6,004 nucleotides of DNA from PVC group bacterium (lineage in GTDB: Bacteria; GCA-001730085; JADFSZ01), in assembly GCA_022560555.1 (NCBI GenBank), contig JADFSZ010000110.1, positions 1 through 6,004 on the forward strand, read 5' to 3'. Below, piece after piece: positions 1-6,004 of this stretch. Below the pieces are notes generated by a model that worked only from the letters and a program-made list of their open reading frames with translations, did no database searches and was not told the DNA's origin. Both the position numbers and the translations under genes were made by a program. How positions within the stretch are numbered: position 1 is the first letter of the stretch; each line of letters begins with the position of its first letter.

Positions 1-942
1 ATGTTAAGTCAATTTCCGGAAGTGGAACAACTGCGATTATATCCCGACCCTCTATCCGAACAATTACGCTTGGCGGCATCAAATATTTATCACATCCCTC
101 AGGATCAAATTATCGCAACGAACGGATCGGATGAATTTCTAAATCTTTGTGTTCGTGCTTTCGTGGATAGCCGGGATACCATGGCTTTTTTCACTCCGTC
201 ATACACCTTGTATGAGACCCTGGGGGAAATACAAGGAGCAAAAACCGTTCGGATTGTTTTTAATGAGGATTATTCAATCAATTTTGATCGCGTGCCGAAA
301 CATTCAAAACTAACCTTTTTGGCTAATCCGAACGCGCAATCCGGAACCTTTATACCGGTGGATGTGATCAAAAGACTGGCTGATACTCTATCCGGCATTT
401 TGGTTGTTGATGAGGCCTATGTGGATTTTGCCGAAGATCACTGTCTTCGACTTATTGCCGGGTGCCCGAATATACTCGTGAGCCGTTCTTTTTCAAAATC
501 TTATGCCTTGGCTTCCATTCGGCTCGGGCTCGGGTTTGGATCTCTTGAGCTTATTCAAGGATTGATGAAAATCAAAGACTCTTACAATGTCAGTGGAATA
601 ACACAATGCTTGGGTGAAGCGGCTTTGCTTGATCAGGAGCATCTTTTGAATCTTATTGCCAAAATTAAGAAAAACCGAAAAAACCTTGTGCAATCATTTG
701 AAGGCTTGGGGTTTTTTGTGTATCCGACAGAAGCGAACTTTGTGTTAGTCCGATTGACAAGTGTCCATTTAGCAAAGACGATGGTTGAACAGTTGAAAGA
801 CCAAAATATTTTTGTTAGGTATTTCCCGCGACCCCGGCTTGATCATTGTGTCCGGATAACGGTGGGGACCGAAGAACAAAATGAAAAACTCATAGAAGCC
901 GTGAAAGGATTACCCCTATGCCGAAATCTCAAAGAAAAGTAA
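1..942 (+). CDS. hisC: Histidinol-phosphate aminotransferase (HisC), 5'-partial
   Basis: The frame is open from nt 1 to TAA at 940-942. Class I/II aminotransferase hallmarks are present: NGSDEFLN, ANPNAQSG, LVVDEAYVDF, the PLP-lysine context SRSFSKSYALASIRLG (Lys codon 496-498) and the C-terminal VRITVGTEEQNEKL typical of HisC. Compared from memory with full-length HisC (about 350-370 aa), LRLYPDP near the window start corresponds to roughly residue 55-60. About 45-50 N-terminal residues therefore probably lie left of the window, and the ATG at nt 1 is probably internal. The his-operon context supports the call. Confidence 0.9.
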   Translation: MLSQFPEVEQLRLYPDPLSEQLRLAASNIYHIPQDQIIATNGSDEFLNLCVRAFVDSRDTMAFFTPSYTLYETLGEIQGAKTVRIVFNEDYSINFDRVPKHSKLTFLANPNAQSGTFIPVDVIKRLADTLSGILVVDEAYVDFAEDHCLRLIAGCPNILVSRSFSKSYALASIRLGLGFGSLELIQGLMKIKDSYNVSGITQCLGEAALLDQEHLLNLIAKIKKNRKNLVQSFEGLGFFVYPTEANFVLVRLTSVHLAKTMVEQLKDQNIFVRYFPRPRLDHCVRITVGTEEQNEKLIEAVKGLPLCRNLKEK

Positions 943-1532
943 AAATTCACCGAAAGACAAGTGAAACGGATATTAAAATATCCCTCAATTTAGACGGCAC
1001 AGGAAAAGGCAAGATTCGAACAGGGATTCCTTTTCTTGATCATATGCTTATGGCTTTCTCCCGCCATGGATTTTTCGATCTTGAAGTACTCGCGAAAGGA
1101 GATTTGGATATCGATATTCATCATACAAATGAGGATGTGGGGATTTGTCTGGGAGAAGCCGTTAAAAAAGCCGTGAAGGACAAAAAAGGCATTAACCGTT
1201 TTGGATTCTATTATGTGCCGATGGACGAGGCCCTTGTTCGTGTTGTGATTGATATAAGCGGGAGGGCGTCATTGCATTTCACAGGGAAAGGTCTTCCGAA
1301 ATCCCAAAAAATTCATACAATGCACAAACAGTACAGTTTTAATTATTTAAAACAATTTCTCTACGCGTTTTGTGTGCATTCCGGTATCAATATGAATGTT
1401 GGTGTGGAATGTGGGGAAGATAGCCATCATATGATTGAGGCCGCCTTTAAGGCGCTGGGAAGATCGTTGAATATGGCCGTTGCAAAAAACAAAAATGTGT
1501 TAGGTATCCCGTCCACAAAAGGGCAACTTTGA
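918..1532 (+). CDS. hisB: Imidazoleglycerol-phosphate dehydratase (monofunctional HisB/IGPD)
   Basis: 204 aa. IGPD signatures: RKTSETDIKISLNLDGTG, DIDIHHTNEDVGICLGEA (first HH..E metal motif) and GEDSHHMIEAAFKALGRS (second HH..E motif). There is no N-terminal HAD phosphatase domain. SD-like AAAGGA at 904-909 lies 8 nt before ATG 918. The CDS overlaps the hisC 3' end by 25 nt, which suggests translational coupling. Confidence 0.93.
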   Translation: MPKSQRKVKIHRKTSETDIKISLNLDGTGKGKIRTGIPFLDHMLMAFSRHGFFDLEVLAKGDLDIDIHHTNEDVGICLGEAVKKAVKDKKGINRFGFYYVPMDEALVRVVIDISGRASLHFTGKGLPKSQKIHTMHKQYSFNYLKQFLYAFCVHSGINMNVGVECGEDSHHMIEAAFKALGRSLNMAVAKNKNVLGIPSTKGQL

Positions 1533-1537
1533 AAAAG

Positions 1538-1565
1538 TTTGAAGTTAGGAGTTCGGAGTTCGGAG
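1538..1565. repeat. Left arm of inverted heptamer array: TTTGAAG TTAGGAG TTCGGAG TTCGGAG
   Basis: Read directly from the sequence. Four tandem 7-nt units start 6 nt after the hisB stop. The inner 17 nt (1549-1565, GAGTTCGGAGTTCGGAG) are the exact reverse complement of 1744-1760. Confidence 0.85.
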
Positions 1566-1675
1566 CAAAGAAAGATCAAATTTGAAATCTGATGAACAGA
1601 TACGCTTAGACTTTACTTTGAAAAGGTGATTTGTTTTTTAAATTCATTTGATGATCTCCAGGTAAGTACATGTTT

Positions 1676-1703
1676 TTGAACGAAAGAGGATGGGTGATAT
1701 GTT
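1676..1703 (+). promoter_or_regulatory. Candidate sigma70-type internal promoter (TTGAAC - 16 nt - TGaTATGTT) upstream of hisH
   Basis: TTGAAC at 1676-1681, a 16-nt spacer, a TGn extended element at 1695-1697 and TATGTT at 1698-1703. This is a motif match only, inside AT-rich sequence where such matches arise easily. Confidence 0.2.
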
Positions 1704-1743
1704 TAGAGAAAAAGGTGGATAATTTGTTTGCGAGCTCAAAGCT

Positions 1744-1771
1744 CTCCGAACTCCGAACTCGAAACTCCGAA
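1744..1771. repeat. Right arm of inverted heptamer array: CTCCGAA CTCCGAA CTCGAAA CTCCGAA
   Basis: Read directly from the sequence. These are four tandem 7-nt units, the reverse complement of TTCGGAG-type units. 24 of 28 positions are complementary to the left arm, and the inner 17 are perfect. The arm ends 5 nt before the hisH SD (AGGAG 1777-1781). Confidence 0.85.
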
Positions 1772-1793
1772 CTAATAGGAGCGAAGCGACCTG

Positions 1794-2426
1794 ATGATAG
1801 CACTTGTCGATTATGATATGGGGAATTTGCATAGTGTGCAAAAGGCTGTTGCCAAAGTAGGGTATGAAAGCTTCCGTGTGAATGAGCCCGAAAATCTTGA
1901 ACAGGCGGATTTGCTTATATTGCCGGGTGTGGGGGCTTTCCGGGATGCTATCACCTCTCTTCAATCGAGAGGCCTCGATCAGGCCATCCGGAGTCATATT
2001 CAAAAAGGAAAACCCTTTTTAGGGATATGTCTTGGTTTACAGCTTTTGTTTGAGAAAAGCGAAGAAAGCGGCGGTGTTGATGGCTTAGGGATTCTCCCCG
2101 GAGTCGTGAAAAAGTTTTCTAAAAGTCCTGGGCTCAAAATTCCGCATATGGGATGGAACCAAGTTCATTGTCAAGAAAACGCACCTGAATTTGCAAAACG
2201 TATGGATGCTCGGTATTTCTATTTTGTTCACTCCTACTATGTTGAACCGTATGAAACTGATATTATCGCGGGGGTGTCCTCATACCCGGAGGCGTTTTGC
2301 GTAGCGGTATCAAAAGATAATATATTTGCCGTGCAGTTTCATCCGGAAAAAAGCCAAAAAAACGGACTTGAACTACTTGGATTCTATCTTAAATCTCATT
2401 TAAGTCAGAAATCAAGTTCCAAATAA
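1794..2426 (+). CDS. hisH: Imidazole glycerol phosphate synthase, glutamine amidotransferase subunit (HisH)
   Basis: 210 aa. The N-terminus MIALVDYDMGNLHSV is typical. The class-I GATase triad is present: nucleophile Cys in PFLGICLGLQLLF, and His/Glu in VQFHPEKS. AGGAG at 1777-1781 lies 12 nt before ATG 1794. Confidence 0.93.
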   Translation: MIALVDYDMGNLHSVQKAVAKVGYESFRVNEPENLEQADLLILPGVGAFRDAITSLQSRGLDQAIRSHIQKGKPFLGICLGLQLLFEKSEESGGVDGLGILPGVVKKFSKSPGLKIPHMGWNQVHCQENAPEFAKRMDARYFYFVHSYYVEPYETDIIAGVSSYPEAFCVAVSKDNIFAVQFHPEKSQKNGLELLGFYLKSHLSQKSSSK

Positions 2427-2445
2427 AAAAGACTGGGTAAACTTG

Positions 2446-3180
2446 ATGATATTGATACCCGCGGTTGATATTAAAGATTCTCAATGTGTACGGCTCTATC
2501 AGGGGCGTGAAGATAAATTGACGGTGTTTTCCCAGGATCCCCTTGAAAGGGCTATTCATTGGCAGAGCTTAGGGGCTGAGCGGCTTCATGTCGTGGATTT
2601 GGACGGAGCCTTCGAAGGAATATTGAAAAATGAACCGATTATCAGGGATATCGCTGAAACATTGTCCATCCCCGTTCAAGTCGGAGGAGGAATCCGGGAC
2701 ATTCCCCGGCTGAAAATGGTATTAGATATGGGTGTCAGCCATGTGATTCTCGGGACAAAAGCTTTTGAGGATCAAGATTTTCTTATGGAAGCGGCTCAGA
2801 CATTTCCGGATAAAATTATTGTGGGTATTGACGCCCAAGACGGGTTTGTGGCCACTCATGGATGGAAAACCGTCACGCAAACAAAATCTGTGGAATTCGC
2901 GAAGAAGGTTGAACAAGTCGGCATTAAAAAAATTATTGTGACGGACATCTCCCTGGACGGGACACTTCGAGGACCTAATATTAATGGCTTAAAAGAAATT
3001 CTCAAATCAGTTCAAATAAGCGTGATTGCTTCAGGAGGTATTGGTAAGTTGGAGCATATTCGAGAGCTCAACTCGGAGCTCGGAGAAGAACTTGAAGGTG
3101 TGATTTTGGGAAGATCCCTATATGTGGGTTCTGTGGATTTTGAAGAGGCCCTTAAGTGTATCGAGAAAAGCGGATCATAA
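2446..3180 (+). CDS. hisA: ProFAR isomerase (HisA)
   Basis: HisA TIM-barrel motifs: IPAVDIKDSQCVRLYQG (catalytic Asp), VQVGGGIRD, VTDISLDGTLRGPN (second catalytic Asp), IASGGIG and GVILGRSLY. The ORF track starts at TTG 2443, which is immediately followed by ATG 2446. I chose the ATG, but the two cannot be distinguished from sequence. Confidence 0.92.
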   Translation: MILIPAVDIKDSQCVRLYQGREDKLTVFSQDPLERAIHWQSLGAERLHVVDLDGAFEGILKNEPIIRDIAETLSIPVQVGGGIRDIPRLKMVLDMGVSHVILGTKAFEDQDFLMEAAQTFPDKIIVGIDAQDGFVATHGWKTVTQTKSVEFAKKVEQVGIKKIIVTDISLDGTLRGPNINGLKEILKSVQISVIASGGIGKLEHIRELNSELGEELEGVILGRSLYVGSVDFEEALKCIEKSGS

Positions 3181-3189
3181 GAGAAACGT

Positions 3190-3948
3190 ATGTTAGCTAA
3201 AAGAATTATCCCCTGCCTAGATGTCAAAGACGGACGGGTTGTTAAGGGTGTCAAGTTTGTAAATTTGCGTGACGCGGGGGATCCTGTTCTTTCGGCGATA
3301 GCCTATGAAGAACAGGGCGCTGATGAACTTGTCTTCTTGGATATTGCCGCTTCCCATGAGGCCAAGGAAACGATGATTGATGTCGTGTATCGTACGGCAG
3401 AAAATGTTTTTATGCCTCTGACGGTGGGGGGCGGGATCCGGACCTTGGAGGATATTAAAAAACTCCTGCGAGCGGGAGCCGACAAAGTTTCCCTCAATAC
3501 GTCCGTGGTAAAAAACCCCGCGTTTATTAAAGAAGCTGCCGAACGATTCGGAAACCAATGCATCGTAGTCGCGATTGATGCTAAAAGAGCGGCTCCGATG
3601 AAATGGAATGTGTTTATTTATGGCGGACGGGAAGATACAGCCTTGGATGCGTGTGTGTGGGCCAAAACAGTCGAAGAGCTCGGAGCCGGTGAAATTTTGC
3701 TTACGAGTATGGACCGGGACGGAACAAAAGACGGCTATGACATCCATTTGACAAGAGCTGTTTCTGATTGTGTTTCTATTCCCGTGATAGCCTCCGGGGG
3801 AGCCGGGACATTGGAGCATTTGTATCAGGCTTTTACGGATGGCGCGGCGGATGCCGCGTTGGCCGCTTCTATTTTTCATTACGGAGAATTTACGATCAAG
3901 CAAACCAAGGAATATTTAGAAAAAAAAGGAATTTGTGTCCGCTTATGA
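3190..3948 (+). CDS. hisF: Imidazole glycerol phosphate synthase, cyclase subunit (HisF)
   Basis: 252 aa. Motifs: [56 protein letters not shown] and SIFHYGE. The start lies 9 nt after the hisA stop. Confidence 0.95.
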   Translation: MLAKRIIPCLDVKDGRVVKGVKFVNLRDAGDPVLSAIAYEEQGADELVFLDIAASHEAKETMIDVVYRTAENVFMPLTVGGGIRTLEDIKKLLRAGADKVSLNTSVVKNPAFIKEAAERFGNQCIVVAIDAKRAAPMKWNVFIYGGREDTALDACVWAKTVEELGAGEILLTSMDRDGTKDGYDIHLTRAVSDCVSIPVIASGGAGTLEHLYQAFTDGAADAALAASIFHYGEFTIKQTKEYLEKKGICVRL

Positions 3949-5204
3949 GTCAATGTAAATGTCTCAAAAATCCTGTTTTTTTTATCGGATTAACACTTTT
4001 TATGATGATGGGGCTCGAATGTCATTTTGATAATGCCCTTTATGCGAGAGGCAAAACAAAGCATAGTAAGGAGGCGGATAAAAACACCCTGAGTGAAAAT
4101 CTTAAAACTCGTCCGGATGATATTCGCATTCTTAATCCGTTATCCAAAATCTATTTAGAAGAAGGAAATTATCAAAAAGCGTTCCCTTTACTCCTAAGAA
4201 TCATCGAGATTGATCCGAGGCAAGTGAAGGCCCATTATAATTTAGGAATGCTGTACCAGATTCGCGCTCTCAATGATCGAGCCGAACAAGAATTTCAAAT
4301 CGCGGCTCGACTGGATCCGGAAGATCCTGACATCCATTTCAATTTGGGGAATATCTACTATAAAACAGGAGACTATCAAAAATCTATTGATCAGTATCTC
4401 ATGACGACTCAAATCAACCCGATGTATAAAGACGCGTTTTATAATTTAGCGGGCGTGTATGATGATATGAATGAGGTTGAATTAGCCTTGAATGCTTACC
4501 GGACTGTTTTGAAAATCAATCCAAGCGACACAAACGTAAAGCTAAAAATAAAATCGCTCAAACAAAAGATGAATTTTTATCAGGATTCATCGGATCTGAG
4601 AGTTCCTGGCACACCAAAGAGTATTATCCAGTTTGATGATCCTACTGTTGTAATTTCAAAAGAGCCGAAAATATCATATCCCCTCATGAACTCAAGAAAT
4701 CTTTCCACCGGTGTGATAGACCCTCTCCCGTTTTTCGAAAACCAGGAAGAAAATTTAATCACGAAAATGAATCCGAGTAGGGCTTGGGATGTCCAAACAG
4801 AAGTTCGTGCATCTCAAAATAAAAAAAGAAAGGATTGGACAAGATATCATCAGCTTGGAGACGAAGCCTACGAAAGCGGGGAATTTGAGCGGGCCATGCG
4901 TATGTATGAAAAGGCACTTCAAGTGAGGGAAGACCCTGTTCTCAGTGTTAAAATCGGGCAATGTTTGGTGAAATTGATCAAGAATGACCAAGCCATACAT
5001 TACTTTGAGGATGCCATTGCAAACAATCCGGATTATATTGAAGCCTATTATCTTCTGGGAAGGTCTTACTTGATTGAAGGCGAATTTGTGAAGTCTCGAC
5101 AGGTTTACGAAAAAATGAGGCCCTTGAATAAGTTGATGGCTCAAAAACTTTATAGACTTATATCGTTGGAAGAAGAAGTGGCTCGAAAAATTTCTCAGAA
5201 ATAA
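3945..5204 (+). CDS. TPR-repeat protein with N-terminal hydrophobic signal/anchor segment
   Basis: ATG 3945-3947 overlaps the hisF TGA at 3946-3948 (ATGA). It is in frame with the long ORF 3768..5204 (codon 60 of that ORF). The N-terminus [25 protein letters not shown] has a hydrophobic stretch of about 15 residues (about nt 3972-4016) and no canonical lipobox. An N-terminal TPR block spans about 4111-4529 ([10 protein letters not shown]..., [38 protein letters not shown]). A non-repeat linker follows, then a C-terminal TPR block at about 4836-5117 ([40 protein letters not shown]). The only SD-like sequence is weak (AAGGA 3926-3930, 14 nt upstream). Confidence 0.78.
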   Translation: MSQCKCLKNPVFFIGLTLFMMMGLECHFDNALYARGKTKHSKEADKNTLSENLKTRPDDIRILNPLSKIYLEEGNYQKAFPLLLRIIEIDPRQVKAHYNLGMLYQIRALNDRAEQEFQIAARLDPEDPDIHFNLGNIYYKTGDYQKSIDQYLMTTQINPMYKDAFYNLAGVYDDMNEVELALNAYRTVLKINPSDTNVKLKIKSLKQKMNFYQDSSDLRVPGTPKSIIQFDDPTVVISKEPKISYPLMNSRNLSTGVIDPLPFFENQEENLITKMNPSRAWDVQTEVRASQNKKRKDWTRYHQLGDEAYESGEFERAMRMYEKALQVREDPVLSVKIGQCLVKLIKNDQAIHYFEDAIANNPDYIEAYYLLGRSYLIEGEFVKSRQVYEKMRPLNKLMAQKLYRLISLEEEVARKISQK

Positions 5205-5218
5205 CCCCTGCCCCGTAA

Positions 5219-5659
5219 CTAGAAATTCTGGAATCTGTCAAGAGCTGAAATATCAATAATGGTCGGAGATGTTAGGTAGTTTTTTGCGAGAGCCCCGGCT
5301 TGGGGAGATAGAATTTCACCGATGGGGCCTCCCGATATTTCAACATTGACCCGAATAGCGCCATTACCGTAATAGCGTGTTCGGACTATGCTGGCTCCCC
5401 GTATAACTCCGTCGATAGATGTTTGAATCGTGTCACTTTGAGTGACATAATTTTGAACACTTGTGTGTGTTGTGATAATAGCACCATGGATCATTTCTGC
5501 TAACTTTCGCTTGGCGTCAAGTTCAGCCGCCCGGGTGGTTGTGATACGGGCTGTCGCGCCGTATTTTTGAATGTATTCTTCAAACGTGACTTCGTGAAAA
5601 GCATGATTTGTCTTGGGAAACGTGACCCCGATTTTTTCTTCTAAAATTTCTATTAAAGG
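5219..5659 (-). pseudogene. FlgP/LPP20-like lipoprotein-family ORF, apparently 5'-truncated (no signal peptide, no canonical start for the full domain)
   Basis: The minus-strand frame is open from 5659 down to stop 5221-5219 and is closed upstream by TAG (5662-5660). The only ATG/GTG/TTG in frame is ATG at 5494. The 55 codons upstream of it read PLIEILEEKIGVTFPKTNHAFHEVTFEEYIQKYGATARITTTRAAELDAKRKLAE. They run without a break into MIHGAIITTHTSVQNYVTQSDTIQTSIDGVIRGASIV. Together these resemble the FlgP/LPP20-family pattern as I recall it from Vibrio FlgP (GYGA...A.RA.KLDAYRNLAEQVYG..I...S.V.N.....D.....V...LRGAKVV). The ATG therefore falls in mid-domain. The family assignment is from memory, not from a search. 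Confidence 0.4.
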
Positions 5660-5681
5660 CTAAATACCAAATCTCTCTTAA

Positions 5682-5690
5682 TGATATAAT
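5682..5690 (+). promoter_or_regulatory. Candidate extended -10 element (TGATATAAT) upstream of the ParB-like gene
   Basis: A perfect TATAAT at 5685-5690 is preceded by TGn. There is no good -35 at 16-18 nt spacing. Caveat: a start site about 7 nt downstream would fall on or after the GGGAG SD at 5693-5697, so either the leader is very short or this is not the promoter. Confidence 0.2.
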
Positions 5691-5706
5691 ATGGGAGTGG
5701 CTGTGA

Positions 5707-6004
5707 ATGGAAATAATTGATAATTCGATATTGGAACCTATTGAAATTCGAATGATTAGACCATCCAAATTTCTAGTCAGATACAACCTTTCCATAAATT
5801 CTACTGAGATTGCAAATTTGAAATCTAGCATAAAAGAGCATGGACTATTACAGCCTATTGTCATTAGACCTTTAGATCATGGATTTGAGATAGTTGCAGG
5901 ACATCGAAGATTCACTGCATGTAGATCATTGCGTTGGAGATTCATCTCCAGTAAAATCAGAGATTTATCTGACAAACAAGCATATGAAATTCAACTGAAA
6001 GAGA
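5707..6004 (+). CDS. ParB/Srx N-terminal-domain (ParB-like nuclease domain) protein, 3'-partial
   Basis: This ORF is not in the supplied track because it runs off the window. TGA at 5704-5706 precedes ATG 5707. GGGAG at 5693-5697 lies 9 nt upstream of the ATG. My translation: MEIIDNSILEPIEIRMIRPSKFLVRYNLSINSTEIANLKSSIKEHGLLQPIVIRPLDHGFEIVAGHRRFTACRSLRWRFISSKIRDLSDKQAYEIQLKE. This matches the ParB N-terminal domain pattern (L..SI.e.GLLQPI.VRP....yEIVAG.RR..A...L....I...I.DLSD.eA.E..L.EN), with GHRR in place of the canonical GERR. Confidence 0.8.
   Translation, partial: MEIIDNSILEPIEIRMIRPSKFLVRYNLSINSTEIANLKSSIKEHGLLQPIVIRPLDHGFEIVAGHRRFTACRSLRWRFISSKIRDLSDKQAYEIQLKE

Larger units (their letters stand above)
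1538..1771. mobile_element. Candidate MITE-like / structured intergenic element (234 bp) bounded by the 28-nt inverted arms
   Basis: The terminal inverted repeats enclose a 178-nt AT-rich interior (hand count: 49 G+C in the 160 nt of 1571-1730). The interior has no convincing ORF. The unit occupies the only long gap in an otherwise tightly packed operon. I see no clear target-site duplication, so mobility is an inference. Confidence 0.3.

Noticed and set aside
1-3. ATG at nt 1 as the true hisC start codon
   Set aside because: Comparison with full-length HisC proteins implies about 45-50 missing N-terminal residues, including the region that precedes the LYPD motif. The ATG is most likely an internal Met coinciding with the window edge.
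493-693. Small antisense ORFs inside hisC (493-693), hisA (2722-2916, 3012-3254), hisF (3303-3563) and the TPR gene (4580-4762, 4755-5144)
   Set aside because: All are embedded antisense in strongly supported genes and lack motifs or translation signals. I treat them as shadow ORFs.
1538-1771. CRISPR-like array, because of the tandem short repeats
   Set aside because: The units are 7 nt and directly abutting with no spacers. The two blocks are in inverted orientation. This is not CRISPR architecture.
1533-1793. Histidine leader-peptide attenuator, T-box or terminator in the hisB-hisH gap
   Set aside because: No small ORF has a run of His codons. I could not recognise T-box specifier or antiterminator elements. 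There is no GC-rich hairpin followed by a U-tract; the T-run at 1634-1639 lacks a convincing upstream stem.
1606-2003. Minus-strand ORFs of 65 aa (1606-1803) and 119 aa (1644-2003) spanning the intergenic unit
   Set aside because: Both run antisense through the hisH start region and the repeat arms. They have no SD and no domain signature. Part of their sequence is simply the translated heptamer repeat (SSEFRVRSSES).
3072-3085. Tandem CTCGGAG CTCGGAG inside hisA, and GCTCGGAG in hisF near 3678, resembling the intergenic heptamer TTCGGAG
   Set aside because: Both lie in conserved coding sequence. They are explained by Glu-Leu-Gly codon choice (gag ctc gga g). They are not paired with an inverted partner.
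3217-3903. 228-aa ORF on the minus strand, the second longest reading frame in the hisF region
   Set aside because: It lies entirely antisense to the strongly supported hisF CDS. Its translation is R/S/G/F-rich with no recognisable motif. Long shadow ORFs opposite well-conserved genes are common, and nothing supports it as coding.
3768-3944. 59-codon 5' extension of the TPR ORF given in the ORF track ([12 protein letters not shown]...)
   Set aside because: It overlaps the hisF C-terminus in another frame and has an arginine/glycine-rich nonsense-like composition. The in-frame ATG at 3945 forms a classic ATGA stop/start overlap and is followed immediately by a signal-like hydrophobic segment.
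5205-5218. Bidirectional terminator between the convergent TPR and FlgP-like ORFs
   Set aside because: Only 14 nt separate the two stop codons, and I found no stable hairpin there or in the adjacent coding ends.
5644-5652. 9-nt direct repeat AAATTTCTA at 5644-5652 and 5767-5775 as possible insertion-site duplication
   Set aside because: It is short and AT-rich in an AT-rich context. The second copy is inside the ParB-like CDS rather than at an element boundary. This is consistent with chance.
5580-5864. 94-aa minus-strand ORF crossing the junction region, a possible missing 5' part of the lipoprotein-family gene
   Set aside because: It is in a different frame from the FlgP-like ORF. It is antisense to the well-supported ParB-like CDS, has no signal peptide or lipobox, and has an I/S/R-rich low-complexity translation.

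Overview
Most of the window is a co-directional histidine-biosynthesis operon segment on the + strand: hisC (5' end cut by the window edge), hisB, a 261-nt gap, hisH, hisA and hisF. A signal-anchored TPR-repeat protein follows, and its ATG overlaps the hisF stop codon (ATGA). Convergent on it is a FlgP/LPP20-like ORF. Its family-like reading frame continues 55 codons upstream of its only canonical start and is then closed by a stop, so it looks 5'-truncated. Directly beyond that, a lower-GC segment opens with an orphan ParB/Srx N-terminal-domain gene that runs off the right edge. The most unusual non-coding feature is a 234-bp AT-rich unit that almost exactly fills the hisB-hisH gap. It is bounded by 28-nt inverted arrays of a 7-nt unit (TTCGGAG type) with a perfect 17-nt complementary core. 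This looks like a MITE-like insertion, a long-range RNA helix or a heptamer binding array inside the operon. I found no tRNA, rRNA or CRISPR array. I recognise no complete novel multi-gene system. The two places worth following are the intra-operon repeat element and the truncated-lipoprotein/ParB junction at the right edge. The right-hand context of that junction lies outside the window.
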